From assembly GCA_040775225.1 (NCBI GenBank), contig JAXGSX010000001.1, positions 1 through 45,431 of the forward strand: a stretch of DNA of 45,431 nt. Reading direction: 5' to 3'. The position numbers and the translations under genes were made by a program. Positions 33,917 through 42,719 of this stretch are shown piece by piece. The stretch comes from Kiritimatiellia bacterium (GTDB lineage: Bacteria; Verrucomicrobiota; Kiritimatiellia; JAAZAB01). Each line of letters starts with the position of its first letter. Positions within the stretch are counted from its first letter, which is position 1. The notes under the pieces are model-generated. The model saw only the letters and a list, made by a program, of their open reading frames with translations, did no database searches and was not told the origin of the DNA.

Positions 33917-34159
33917 CCGTTGCCCTTTCCAATCCCACGCCCATACCCGGCCTCCCTCTTGTCAAATGCGAGAAAATGATAAAAAACCGATCCTGACATC
34001 TGCAACTGCTTTTAAAAGTCCGCCTTTGTCAGCAGCTTTCCGCAGATTCAGCGTCAAAAGTCGCGGACGACGCGGAAGTCGTCCCGGCCAAATGCGGAAT
34101 CAGCCATACCTGATCCAACATGGCATAATTATTGCTTTTAAGGCTGACTAAGGATTAGT

Positions 34160-34188
34160 TTGCCTTTTACCGGCAGTCGGTTTATAAT
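34160..34188 (+). promoter_or_regulatory. Candidate promoter of the pseudopilin cluster; geometry suggests a near-leaderless mRNA
   Basis: TTGCCT (34160-34165), a 17-nt spacer, then a perfect TATAAT (34183-34188). The ATG at 34198 is only 9 nt past the -10, and there is no Shine-Dalgarno sequence. Confidence 0.4.
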
Positions 34189-34197
34189 ATTTTTATT

Positions 34198-34620
34198 ATG
34201 AAGAAAGGCTTTACGCTGGTGGAGGTGGTAATCGCTTCAGCCTTGCTGGCAATCACTATTGGAGCTTTGTTGACGGCCATCATGACGGCGCGCCGGTCGG
34301 CGCTGGTGTCGGGCACACGGCTGGCGGCCATGCAGGTGGCGCGCCAGCAGATGGAGACGTTGTTGAATTATCCGTTCAGCGCCGCCACGCAATTGAGTTT
34401 CGGGGTGCATGCAATACCGCCGGTGACGCAACTGATTTACGGATCGCATGCCGCCGCCACGGGGGTGTTTTACGGCAACTATGTTGTTTCAAGCAATGCG
34501 CAATTTTCACCGGTGCTGGTTAAAAACATCAGCCTGACGATTTTCTGGACGAATGCCGGCACGCGCTTTTCCTCCAGCGTCAACCTGCAGGGATCCATCA
34601 GCAGTCCGTTGCACCCATGA
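34198..34620 (+). CDS. Prepilin-type N-terminal cleavage/methylation domain protein, small (GspI/PilV-like minor pseudopilin)
   Basis: MKKG|FTLVEVVIASALLAITIGAL is a class III signal with G-1, F+1 and E+5. The protein is 140 aa. Confidence 0.8.
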   Translation: MKKGFTLVEVVIASALLAITIGALLTAIMTARRSALVSGTRLAAMQVARQQMETLLNYPFSAATQLSFGVHAIPPVTQLIYGSHAAATGVFYGNYVVSSNAQFSPVLVKNISLTIFWTNAGTRFSSSVNLQGSISSPLHP

Positions 34621-35252
34621 TCAATTTCAAACATGCTGCGGGCAGGGCCGGGCAGGGCCGGCGGGCGCCAGGACGCCGCGCCGGCGCGCCGGGTTTTACC
34701 ATGGTGGAATTGATGATCGCCGCCGGCATTTTCAGCCTGGTGTCGGCCGCCGCCATCAGCATTTACCTGGTATGCCAAAGGGTCTGGCAAGCCACCACCA
34801 TGAATATTCATGCCGCGCGCGAAGTCAGCCTGGCTTTGAATAAGATAGTTTACGGGACGGGCACCAATCCCGGCATGCGCGCCGCCATCCGCGTTACTTT
34901 GCAAACCAATTGCAGCGGCTGGCGCACCGGCGCGGGTTATCCCCTGGCGGCCAACAGCACCTCGCATGGAGTCAATGCGGGAGGCACGCCGGACGGCAGC
35001 TGGCGCATGGTGGTTTTGAACACCAACGGCATCCAGTGGATTGATTACAACGCTAAAGCCAGCAACCTGGTTTTCTGGCCCATCACCAATGCCGTCAACA
35101 GCCGGTTGCCGCTCGGAAATTACATCGCCGGCGCGCAAGTCGCGACCAATCCGGGCGGCGTAAACATCAGCCTGGCGGCCCGGCGCCGGCACGGGCAGAT
35201 CAGCAGCGCCTACACGGCGTCAACTTTCGTTAATCTGCGCAATCAAAATTAA
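34617..35252 (+). CDS. Prepilin-type N-terminal domain protein (GspJ/PilW-like size) with a long basic leader
   Basis: ..GAPG|FTMVELMIAAGIFSLVSAAAISIYL has E+5. The leader is 26 aa and Arg/Gly-rich. The ATG overlaps the upstream stop (ATGA at 34617-34620). Confidence 0.75.
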   Translation: MINFKHAAGRAGQGRRAPGRRAGAPGFTMVELMIAAGIFSLVSAAAISIYLVCQRVWQATTMNIHAAREVSLALNKIVYGTGTNPGMRAAIRVTLQTNCSGWRTGAGYPLAANSTSHGVNAGGTPDGSWRMVVLNTNGIQWIDYNAKASNLVFWPITNAVNSRLPLGNYIAGAQVATNPGGVNISLAARRRHGQISSAYTASTFVNLRNQN

Positions 35253-35271
35253 AACCCGCGCGTCGCATGGA

Positions 35272-36945
35272 ATGAATTACCAGACTCAAAATTCCGGAGC
35301 GGTTTTGGTGGCGGTAGTCAGTTTTACCGCCCTGGCGGCCATTCTGGCCGCCAGCATGCTGACCGACGGCATAACGCAAATCAGCCTGGCCCGCCGCCAG
35401 GTCGCGATGGAGCAGGCCTTCTACCTGGCGGAAGGCGGCGCGGAACAGGCCGTGGCTTACATCCGCAACGGCCAGACAGTGCCCGGCGTGGTTACGGGCG
35501 CATTCGTTTTCCCCGACAATGCCACCGGCAAATTCACCGCAGTGGTCGTCCAGGCGTTCAACACCGCCGGCGGAGGCGCAACCGGGACCAACTCACTGGC
35601 CGGCAGCATCAACATCAATCCCAACAATTCATCCCAAAACGAGTTCCTGCTGGTCAAGCCCGACGGCGCCACCATCACCCGCGACGACCTGCAAGGCGAC
35701 ACCACGGTTTACACCAGCGCGCCCTGCGTGTACTACACCGGCCCGGCGGTGATGATCCGGGTCAAACCGATGGGCAACGGCAACCAGAACACCCTGATCG
35801 TCAACGGCGCCGCCTATCCCCTGCTCAACGCCAACACCTACGACCTGGTGTCCCTGAATATGCAGGTACAGTTGTACAACGATGGACGCAACCAGGGCAA
35901 CGGGCGCGCCAATGGGCATTGGTGGCTCGGCAGCATCGCCGGCGAGGATGCGACGATCGGCGAACAATCCGCCGCCGGCACCGGCCCGATCGCGCGCCAG
36001 TTCACGATCTTTTCCACCGGCCGGATCGGCGGCGCCCACCGGGCGGTGATCCTGGAAGGCGTGCAGCAACAGGCCTGGTCCCGCTTCGCGTTATGGTACA
36101 ACAACTCCGCCGGGCCGATCTGGATCGGCGCCGGCGAGGTTTTCAACGGGCCGGTCCACGCCAACACCATGATCTACCTTGACGGCAACCCGATATTCAA
36201 CGATTTGTTGTCTTCCACCGCGGCCTGGTGGGGTCCCGGCAGCGATTTATCCCAGGTGCAATTCAACGGCGGCACGTGGCTGAACGCGCCGGCCGACACC
36301 ATGGCCACCGTGGTGTTCAGCAACCTGCTGGCGGACGCGACCTTGACCGTCACCGGCCAGACTTACATGACCATGGCCGGCACGAATATCTTCATCACCA
36401 ACACCCGGATGGGCTGGAACAATTACCGCCTCGCCGCGCCTTCCAACGGTCTGCTTTACGTGGACACCGCCCACACCGGCTCTGGCAAAAACGGCATCAT
36501 CTATCTCGGCGGGGAACTGGACGGCCGCCTGACGGTCGTGGCGGAAGATAGCATCCGGATCACCAATCATCTGACGTACGCGGTCCATCCGACCAACGGC
36601 TCGGATGACGCCCTGGGTCTGATCGCCCGGAATGACGTCGAGGTCCGCAACAACGCGCCGGCCAACCTGAATGTTTTCGCGCACATCATCGCCTGCAATA
36701 CCGACAACAGCACGTACGAGAGCGGGTTCTTCGTCCAGGATTACAGCACCCGTTACGGCTGCGGTTTCCTGAATGTCTATGGCGGCATCGTGGAAAACAA
36801 CCGCGGCGCGGTCGGCACCACCTCCGGCCGGGGGTACACCAAGAATTACACCTATGATGAGCGGTTCCGCACCGCGCCGCCGCCCCACTATCCGACGGTG
36901 CTGGATATCTATCAATGGGACAATTGGAGGGAGAAAGCGTTATGA
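35272..36945 (+). CDS. GspK/PilX-like pseudopilin-type protein, greatly expanded (557 aa)
   Basis: The N-terminus QNSGAVLVAVVSFTALAAILAASML...AFYLAEGGAEQAVAYI lacks E+5, like GspK/PilX. The C-terminal region shares motifs with the 39983-41086 product (..YGGIVENN.., APPPHYP). Confidence 0.6.
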   Translation: MNYQTQNSGAVLVAVVSFTALAAILAASMLTDGITQISLARRQVAMEQAFYLAEGGAEQAVAYIRNGQTVPGVVTGAFVFPDNATGKFTAVVVQAFNTAGGGATGTNSLAGSININPNNSSQNEFLLVKPDGATITRDDLQGDTTVYTSAPCVYYTGPAVMIRVKPMGNGNQNTLIVNGAAYPLLNANTYDLVSLNMQVQLYNDGRNQGNGRANGHWWLGSIAGEDATIGEQSAAGTGPIARQFTIFSTGRIGGAHRAVILEGVQQQAWSRFALWYNNSAGPIWIGAGEVFNGPVHANTMIYLDGNPIFNDLLSSTAAWWGPGSDLSQVQFNGGTWLNAPADTMATVVFSNLLADATLTVTGQTYMTMAGTNIFITNTRMGWNNYRLAAPSNGLLYVDTAHTGSGKNGIIYLGGELDGRLTVVAEDSIRITNHLTYAVHPTNGSDDALGLIARNDVEVRNNAPANLNVFAHIIACNTDNSTYESGFFVQDYSTRYGCGFLNVYGGIVENNRGAVGTTSGRGYTKNYTYDERFRTAPPPHYPTVLDIYQWDNWREKAL

Positions 36946-37316
36946 CCGGCGCGTTCAACGGCCGCCAACATGATGCGCCCGCGCCGCTGATGATAACGGC
37001 GGCCGCGGTTTTGATCGCGGCGGGGGTGGGCGCGTCAGTCTGGACGTTGTGGCATACCCTGCGCGCGCCGGCCGGCGCGCCGGCGGCGGCGGCGGATAAG
37101 CCGGCGCCGGCCATGGCCCCCGCGGTTCCGGTCCAGGCTGCGGCCCCGGCGCGGGGCGGCGAATTTACCACCGACTTCGAGCAGATGCGCCGGCGCGCAC
37201 AAACCGCGCGGGCGACGGCGGAAGTGCTGCGCCGCGCCCGGCGGGCCAATGACGGTTCCGCCTGGACCGAGGAAATGATCAAGGCCGTGGAACGCGGGGA
37301 CGTGGCCATCCGCTGA
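36942..37316 (+). CDS. Small single-pass membrane protein with an Ala/Pro-rich linker and a basic helical C-terminus
   Basis: ATG 36942 overlaps the upstream stop (ATGA). The TM segment is LMITAAAVLIAAGVGASVWTLW. An APAGAPAAAADKPAPAMAPAVPVQAAAPA linker follows. The family is not recognised. Confidence 0.5.
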   Translation: MTGAFNGRQHDAPAPLMITAAAVLIAAGVGASVWTLWHTLRAPAGAPAAAADKPAPAMAPAVPVQAAAPARGGEFTTDFEQMRRRAQTARATAEVLRRARRANDGSAWTEEMIKAVERGDVAIR

Positions 37317-37361
37317 CGATGAATCCGGCATCTGACGACAACGATGACGATTGGGATAATC

Positions 37362-37772
37362 ATGCCTTCCAAAAGGTCAAACGGCTTCACCCTGGTGGAG
37401 ATGATGGTCGCCGGAACGCTTTTTTTATTGTTCTGCGCCGGATTCTTCTCCGCCTACCTCGCGGCCATGGGCGCGCAAAAAATGGCGGCGAATCATTACC
37501 GCGCGCTCTGCCTCGCCCGCAACCGCATTCAGCATGCGCGCGCCACGGAATACTCCAGCCTGGACCTGCTGGCGGAGTCATCCAATGCCGTTGACGCCGC
37601 CGGCAATCCCGATCCGACCGGCGGGTTCCGGCGCAGCACCATCATCATTTCGGATACCAACACCTCCGCAAAAATTTCCAAATTCACCGTGCAGGTATGG
37701 TATCCGGCGTACCGCGGGCGCTTAAGCGCCGCGCCGGTGGAACAATCCACCATGATTTCCTACCCGATATAA
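37362..37772 (+). CDS. Prepilin-type N-terminal cleavage/methylation domain protein, small (GspI/PilV-like)
   Basis: MPSKRSNG|FTLVEMMVAGTLFLLFCAGFF has E+5 and an 8-aa leader from ATG 37362. The track start at 37344 is also possible. Confidence 0.8.
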   Translation: MPSKRSNGFTLVEMMVAGTLFLLFCAGFFSAYLAAMGAQKMAANHYRALCLARNRIQHARATEYSSLDLLAESSNAVDAAGNPDPTGGFRRSTIIISDTNTSAKISKFTVQVWYPAYRGRLSAAPVEQSTMISYPI

Positions 37773-37780
37773 ATCAAAAC

Positions 37781-39856
37781 ATGTCATCCCACGCGTCATT
37801 TATACAAGGCGCCAGGCGCGCCGGTTTCACCGCGGTGGAACTGATCATCAGCGCCTCCATCATGGCGCTGGTCATGGCCGGCGCCATCGCCGCTTTTGTT
37901 TACGGGCTGCGCACCTGGCGCAATGAAACCATCACCAGCGAATTGCACCAGGACCTGGAAAAAGCGATGGAACATATCCGTCACGATCTGCGGCTGTCCA
38001 GCGTGGGGGTGGGCCTGATGTCCTTTTACCCGACCAATGCCGCCGAATACACCGCCATCAGTTTCCCGCTCTCATCCCCCGCCGGCGACAACCTGCTGCG
38101 GCGTGATTTGAACACCAACAGCCCGAATTACGGCCGCATCATCTGGGATCAAACCGTGATTTACCACGTGCGCCCCGGCACACCCGACGAACTGCTGCGA
38201 ACCGTATTCACGCCGCGCAACAGCAGCGCTGCGCCGCATGATTTTTACACCCAACTGCGGCAGGTGGCGCTCAGCACCGATTTCGCCGGCGTGCAGGCCG
38301 CCGCGCTGGCGGGGGAAAACACCACCAGCCGGGTGGTGTTTCAAAACCTGGTGAGCATGCGCATCCGTCCGCCGGAGTTGCTGTTTGACGGTTATGCCCC
38401 GGGCTACCAGCGCGCGCGCAATCTGAACTGGGGCAGCGTGGTGCTGGGCGACGGCATCAACGACCTGACCTTCACCGTGGTGGGCAAAAACCCCGACAGC
38501 GCCGGCTACAAGGTCGGCATTGACTGGTTCTCGCTCAGCCCCAGCGCCAGCCGGCGCGAGGGCGAAATTTTCCTGCCGGCCGATTCCCATCCGGTTTCGC
38601 CTTTTTACCGGTTTATCCTGTCCGGCGGGACGGTGTCCGCCCAGGATATGTCCGCGCACGGCGCCGGCTGGAGCGGCAACTGCCAGTTGACCTACGACGC
38701 CGGCGCCATCGGCAACGCCATCACCTTCAAGGCGCAAAACGATCTCTGGTGCGATTCGCAGTTTGACGCCCCGCCGGGCGTCATTGCCAGCAATGTCAGC
38801 CGCAAATGCGACACCAATTTCATCGCGCAGCCCCCTTACATCCCCGATTATGTCATGGATATGGACCGGGGCATAACCTGGACCGCGGAAAACGCCACGG
38901 ACGGCGCGATCGGCGGCATAACGCTGACGAATGACGTCCCGGTGATCAACATCATCTATGGCGGCAGCAGTAATGCGCCGGGCAACATCATCTACAACGG
39001 CGCCTTGACGCGCCTGAAGTTCCAGGCGCCCATCAACGGCCAGCTTTTCATTGACAATGTGAAGATTATGGCGCAATTGTCCGGCACCAATCCGGTGGCC
39101 GGCACCGTGCAAAACGTGACCTTCGCCGGCAATTCCTGGCGCAAGGTCGGCGCCGGCGGCGAGACTTGGAGCGATTGGATCCATTTCTCCATTGACCGCA
39201 ATGCTTCCTGCATGGTCTCCTTCCAACTTAAAACGGACAACTTGATTCTTGCCAACGCCAAAACCTGGGCGTCCACCGCCACCAACCAGCCCATGTCGTA
39301 TTTGAACAATATGCCGCACAACCAGTTGATCGGGCTGGGCGCCATTGAGGTTTTATATCCTTCCAATGCCGTCTACCTTTCCGGGGTTTTCGACACCCGC
39401 CTGGCCAATCCTTCCTATCGCCGCCTCAACTGGACCCAGGTGGAGCCCTGGCCTTACGGCGACATTGACATCCGCGTGCGGTCCGGCGACCAGCGCGACA
39501 TGAGCGATGCCTGCGCCTGGGACTTCTACGGCGTCAACAACGATAACAACAACATCGTCGGCATCTCGGGAGGCCGTTACGTGCAATATGAGGTTTTATA
39601 CAACACCATCTTCCCGCACGTATTAAACGCCAAATTGCGGGACGTTACCATCAGTTGGGCCGGTTCCACGGGATTGGTGGATTTGGTGGTCGGGTTCGCC
39701 CGCGGGCCGGATTACGGGATCGTCAAAGCCGAGGTCAACGGACAGGCTTTCATCAAGGGGATCGAGGTGGAAATGGAGATTTTCAAAGCCGGACCCTTCG
39801 GAACCAACCGCGTCTCCGGCCTGATGGAAGTGCGGCCGTTGAACACAGGGAAATAG
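37781..39856 (+). CDS. Giant prepilin-type N-terminal domain protein (691 aa; GspJ/PilW position)
   Basis: MSSHASFIQGARRAG|FTAVELIISASIMALVMAGAIAAFVY has E+5. A large C-terminal region of unrecognised fold follows. The track ORF from 37697 is an upstream extension that overlaps the previous gene. Confidence 0.75.
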   Translation: MSSHASFIQGARRAGFTAVELIISASIMALVMAGAIAAFVYGLRTWRNETITSELHQDLEKAMEHIRHDLRLSSVGVGLMSFYPTNAAEYTAISFPLSSPAGDNLLRRDLNTNSPNYGRIIWDQTVIYHVRPGTPDELLRTVFTPRNSSAAPHDFYTQLRQVALSTDFAGVQAAALAGENTTSRVVFQNLVSMRIRPPELLFDGYAPGYQRARNLNWGSVVLGDGINDLTFTVVGKNPDSAGYKVGIDWFSLSPSASRREGEIFLPADSHPVSPFYRFILSGGTVSAQDMSAHGAGWSGNCQLTYDAGAIGNAITFKAQNDLWCDSQFDAPPGVIASNVSRKCDTNFIAQPPYIPDYVMDMDRGITWTAENATDGAIGGITLTNDVPVINIIYGGSSNAPGNIIYNGALTRLKFQAPINGQLFIDNVKIMAQLSGTNPVAGTVQNVTFAGNSWRKVGAGGETWSDWIHFSIDRNASCMVSFQLKTDNLILANAKTWASTATNQPMSYLNNMPHNQLIGLGAIEVLYPSNAVYLSGVFDTRLANPSYRRLNWTQVEPWPYGDIDIRVRSGDQRDMSDACAWDFYGVNNDNNNIVGISGGRYVQYEVLYNTIFPHVLNAKLRDVTISWAGSTGLVDLVVGFARGPDYGIVKAEVNGQAFIKGIEVEMEIFKAGPFGTNRVSGLMEVRPLNTGK

Positions 39857-39982
39857 ATACGAGGGGCAAAGGATCACAGGCGCAAAGGAATAAAGCCGCG
39901 TGGCGCAAGACCGGCGGCGCGCCTTTGACCATCTGAGCCTGCGAAACTGGATTAAGCATCGCCGCGCCGGGGAGGAACAGCC

Positions 39983-41086
39983 ATGACAAACAACAACATT
40001 TTCCATCGCCACCATGCCGGCCGCCGCGGCTCGGCGCTGGTGACGGTCATGTGCGTGTCGGCGGTCCTGCTGCTGGCCAGCATGGTGATGGCGTACATCA
40101 CCCGGCAGGCGGTGGCGCGGGCCCAGCGGATCAATACCGGCGCGCGGGCCCTGGCCGTCGCGGAAGCCGGCATTGCCGGCATGATCTCGCTGCTGAGCAC
40201 CAATTACAACATGTGGCGCAACACCAACCACAGCGCCCAGTTCGGCGGCGGCTACTTTACCGTGAACAGCCTGACGCAATCCAACGGCAACGTGCTGCTG
40301 GTCAGCACCGGCGTGGTCGGCAGCGTGGCGCGCTCAACGATCATGGAACTGCTCGGCACTTACCAGGATTGGAATGATTCGCTGTTCCAACTGGACGGCG
40401 TCATCCTGGCCGGAGGCGATGTGCGTTTTTCATCGGCCGCCTACGAAATCAACGGTAATGTGCATGCCAACGGCAGCGTGATCGCCAACGGCGGCGCGAA
40501 AAACGGGGACTTCATCAGCAACGCGGTCATCACGGCCGTGGGATCGGTCGCCGACTTGAACAATGTTGACGCCGCCAATGAAATCCCGGGCTCGCCCGCG
40601 CGGGTGCTGCCGACATTCGATTTCGACAGCTACCGGCAACTGGCCATTTCCAACGGCCTGTATTACAGCAATTCCATGACTTTCAACGGCTGGGATGCCC
40701 GGCCGTCCAACGGGGTGGTCTATGTCAATGGGGACGTAGTGATCGCCAATCACAGTTCCTTGGTTGGCACACTCGTGGCCAACGGCAACATCCAGGTGCA
40801 GAATAATTTTACGCAGACCAATTTTCCGGGGCAAACCAACTGGCCTTCCGTGATGAGCACGGGCAACGTCACGCTGCAAAACAGAGAGGATTATTGCGGC
40901 ATCATTTACGCCGCTTTGAACGTCAGCATCCAGAACAACATCACCTGCTTCGGCGGCATTATCAGCGGCGGTTACACCGAAATTCAGAACCATGGCACCA
41001 TGAACCAGCCGCCAGGATATCCCCCCTGGGATCCGCTCAATCCCTCCGTGCCCCCGGAAGTCATCGTCGGCGGCTGGCTGAAATAA
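39983..41086 (+). CDS. GspK/PilX-like pseudopilin-type protein with a beta-helix-like C-terminal region
   Basis: GGAGGA lies 6 nt upstream of the ATG. The N-terminus RRGSALVTVMCVSAVLLLASMVMAYI...ALAVAEAGIAGMISLL resembles the GspK-type (R/Q)(R/K)G.AL..V opening without E+5. The body has repetitive G/N-rich strands. Confidence 0.6.
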   Translation: MTNNNIFHRHHAGRRGSALVTVMCVSAVLLLASMVMAYITRQAVARAQRINTGARALAVAEAGIAGMISLLSTNYNMWRNTNHSAQFGGGYFTVNSLTQSNGNVLLVSTGVVGSVARSTIMELLGTYQDWNDSLFQLDGVILAGGDVRFSSAAYEINGNVHANGSVIANGGAKNGDFISNAVITAVGSVADLNNVDAANEIPGSPARVLPTFDFDSYRQLAISNGLYYSNSMTFNGWDARPSNGVVYVNGDVVIANHSSLVGTLVANGNIQVQNNFTQTNFPGQTNWPSVMSTGNVTLQNREDYCGIIYAALNVSIQNNITCFGGIISGGYTEIQNHGTMNQPPGYPPWDPLNPSVPPEVIVGGWLK

Positions 41087-41237
41087 GCGCAATCCGGCTG
41101 TGCCGCATCCGCATCAAACGCTTTGCGCCGGCGCACCCGGAGGATGTCATTGAGCAGCAAGGCGGATTCATCTTCCGGCGCCGCCGCTGCGCGGTCGCCA
41201 CGCCGAATTGATCATACACCATCCCCGGCAGCAATCT

Positions 41238-42677
41238 TCATCTTACATGGAACACCGTGCCGGCCGCTGGGAATATGTATTCATAGCAGCCGATATCGTA
41301 GTATCCATGCTGGGGCCGCATGACTCCGTCCAGATCATCCCCGATCTCGACGATCGCAGCGCCGGCATCAATACCGGGCGATCTTACGGTGGCCGGGTGG
41401 TAATCGCCGCCCGCGGGGTTCACAAACCGGGGCTCGCCGGTGATGTTTCCCCCGCCGTCGTACGGCGCACCGGTCGGATCCGGTGTCGTCAGGCAATGCG
41501 TCAGTCCGTCAACCAGCGTGGAATAGTTGCTGACCACGGAACCGCCATTGACATTGGCATGGATAATGCAGTTGGTGGCGTATACGGATACTTCGCCAAT
41601 CCCGGCAGGCTTGGTCGCCCAACCGCAGGTATTGCTGACGATCGTGCAATTCACGAGGGTAATGTAGTTTTCAAAGGCATATCCCCAGGATGCATGGTTT
41701 TCAGTGACCAGGCAGTTGTAAAACTTTCCCGGACTTGCGGCAGACGCGCCATAGCCGGCGCCGCCGTAGCGGAGCGCCGCCGAATTGCCGCGAATCACGC
41801 AATTACTGCACACGCTCTTCCCGTACACGGCCCCGCCGTAATTGCCCAGGGCGCGATTGTTCAAAAGCATGCAGTTGTAGAAGTTCGCATCATATCCGGC
41901 CCCGCCAAGGGTCCCGGCAACGTTGTTGCTGATAAAGTTGCCGTTGCCATAAATCGAAGCAGTGTAACATGCACCGCCGCTGTTTATCGCTGTATTGTCA
42001 TACATATCGCAGTTATATGCGTCATCCATCGCCATCGCGCCGCCGTTGGCGCTCAGGTTATGGCGGAGGACGCAGTTGTAAAGTTTGGCATAGGCGCTGC
42101 CGCCTCCATAGGCGGAGGTGCCGGTGGCGGTATTGTGCGTAAACACACAGTTGCTGTAGGTTCCACCACGAGCTCCTCCTCCAGAGCCATCTTTGTATCC
42201 CGTCGTCATGCCGGCATAGCCGTTGGTAAGCGTGAACCCGATGAACATACCGGCGCCACCCACCACGCTGGCGCAACAACGGACGGCGTTGCTGCCGCAT
42301 CCGCCGGTTGACGGATCGGGCGCGCCAACGATCAAAGTCTCGGCCGGGTCGCTGCTGTCCGCCTGCACTGTGCATTGATGGCTGGCGGAGAGCCAGACTC
42401 GGTTGCTGAGAATTCCCTCAGTTGAGGTTGACTGCGCTCCACCCTCATTATATTCCCCGGGCGCCACCAGCACAAGGTCGCCGCTGGCGGCGGTAAGTTC
42501 TACGGCCGCCTGAATCGTGCGCTTGGCCGTGGTCCAGTTGGTTGCGATCCCGGTGTCGTCCGGGCGCGCGGCGTCAACATAGTATGTATCGGCGGCAACG
42601 CCGCCCGCCAGCAGGAGCAGAAGGGCAAACGGCACAATGCCGCGGATGGATGAACGAGCGGGATGTGTCATAACCAT
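41238..42677 (-). CDS. Secreted right-handed parallel beta-helix repeat protein (choice-of-anchor-Q-like C-terminus)
   Basis: A signal-like N-terminus (IVPFALLLLLAGGVAA) is followed by DTYYVDAARPDD..NWTTAKRTIQAAVELTAASGDLVLVAPGEYNEGG. N/G/C-rich helix repeats follow. The C-terminal motif is SPGIDAG...D.DG..RP...YDIGCYE. ATG 42671 has better SD spacing than 42677. Confidence 0.7.
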   Translation of the reverse strand: MVMTHPARSSIRGIVPFALLLLLAGGVAADTYYVDAARPDDTGIATNWTTAKRTIQAAVELTAASGDLVLVAPGEYNEGGAQSTSTEGILSNRVWLSASHQCTVQADSSDPAETLIVGAPDPSTGGCGSNAVRCCASVVGGAGMFIGFTLTNGYAGMTTGYKDGSGGGARGGTYSNCVFTHNTATGTSAYGGGSAYAKLYNCVLRHNLSANGGAMAMDDAYNCDMYDNTAINSGGACYTASIYGNGNFISNNVAGTLGGAGYDANFYNCMLLNNRALGNYGGAVYGKSVCSNCVIRGNSAALRYGGAGYGASAASPGKFYNCLVTENHASWGYAFENYITLVNCTIVSNTCGWATKPAGIGEVSVYATNCIIHANVNGGSVVSNYSTLVDGLTHCLTTPDPTGAPYDGGGNITGEPRFVNPAGGDYHPATVRSPGIDAGAAIVEIGDDLDGVMRPQHGYYDIGCYEYIFPAAGTVFHVR

Positions 42678-42719
42678 GGCCTCCGAGTTGTTACTGACAG
42701 ATTAACGCTTTCGCATGCT

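Noticed and set aside
34065-34084. Hairpin GGACGAC-GCGGAA-GTCGTCC downstream of the DUF1846 gene
   Set aside because: It lies ~150 nt past the stop codon and lacks a trailing U-run, so it is not convincing as an intrinsic terminator.
33966-34151. 61-aa plus-strand ORF upstream of the pseudopilin cluster
   Set aside because: It has no SD and a basic low-complexity composition, and it lies in a lower-GC intergenic stretch. It is probably spurious.
37697-37780. 28-aa upstream extension of the 691-aa prepilin-type ORF
   Set aside because: It overlaps the preceding pilin gene. ATG 37781 gives a plausible 15-aa class III leader.
38072-39319. 415-aa minus-strand ORF
   Set aside because: It is antisense to the 691-aa prepilin-type gene. 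Its composition is Gly/Ala/Arg/Val-rich, and it has no start context or motifs.
41208-42311. 367-aa plus-strand ORF
   Set aside because: It is antisense to the beta-helix gene. The minus-strand product has a signal peptide and family-typical head and tail motifs shared with 9707-11527.
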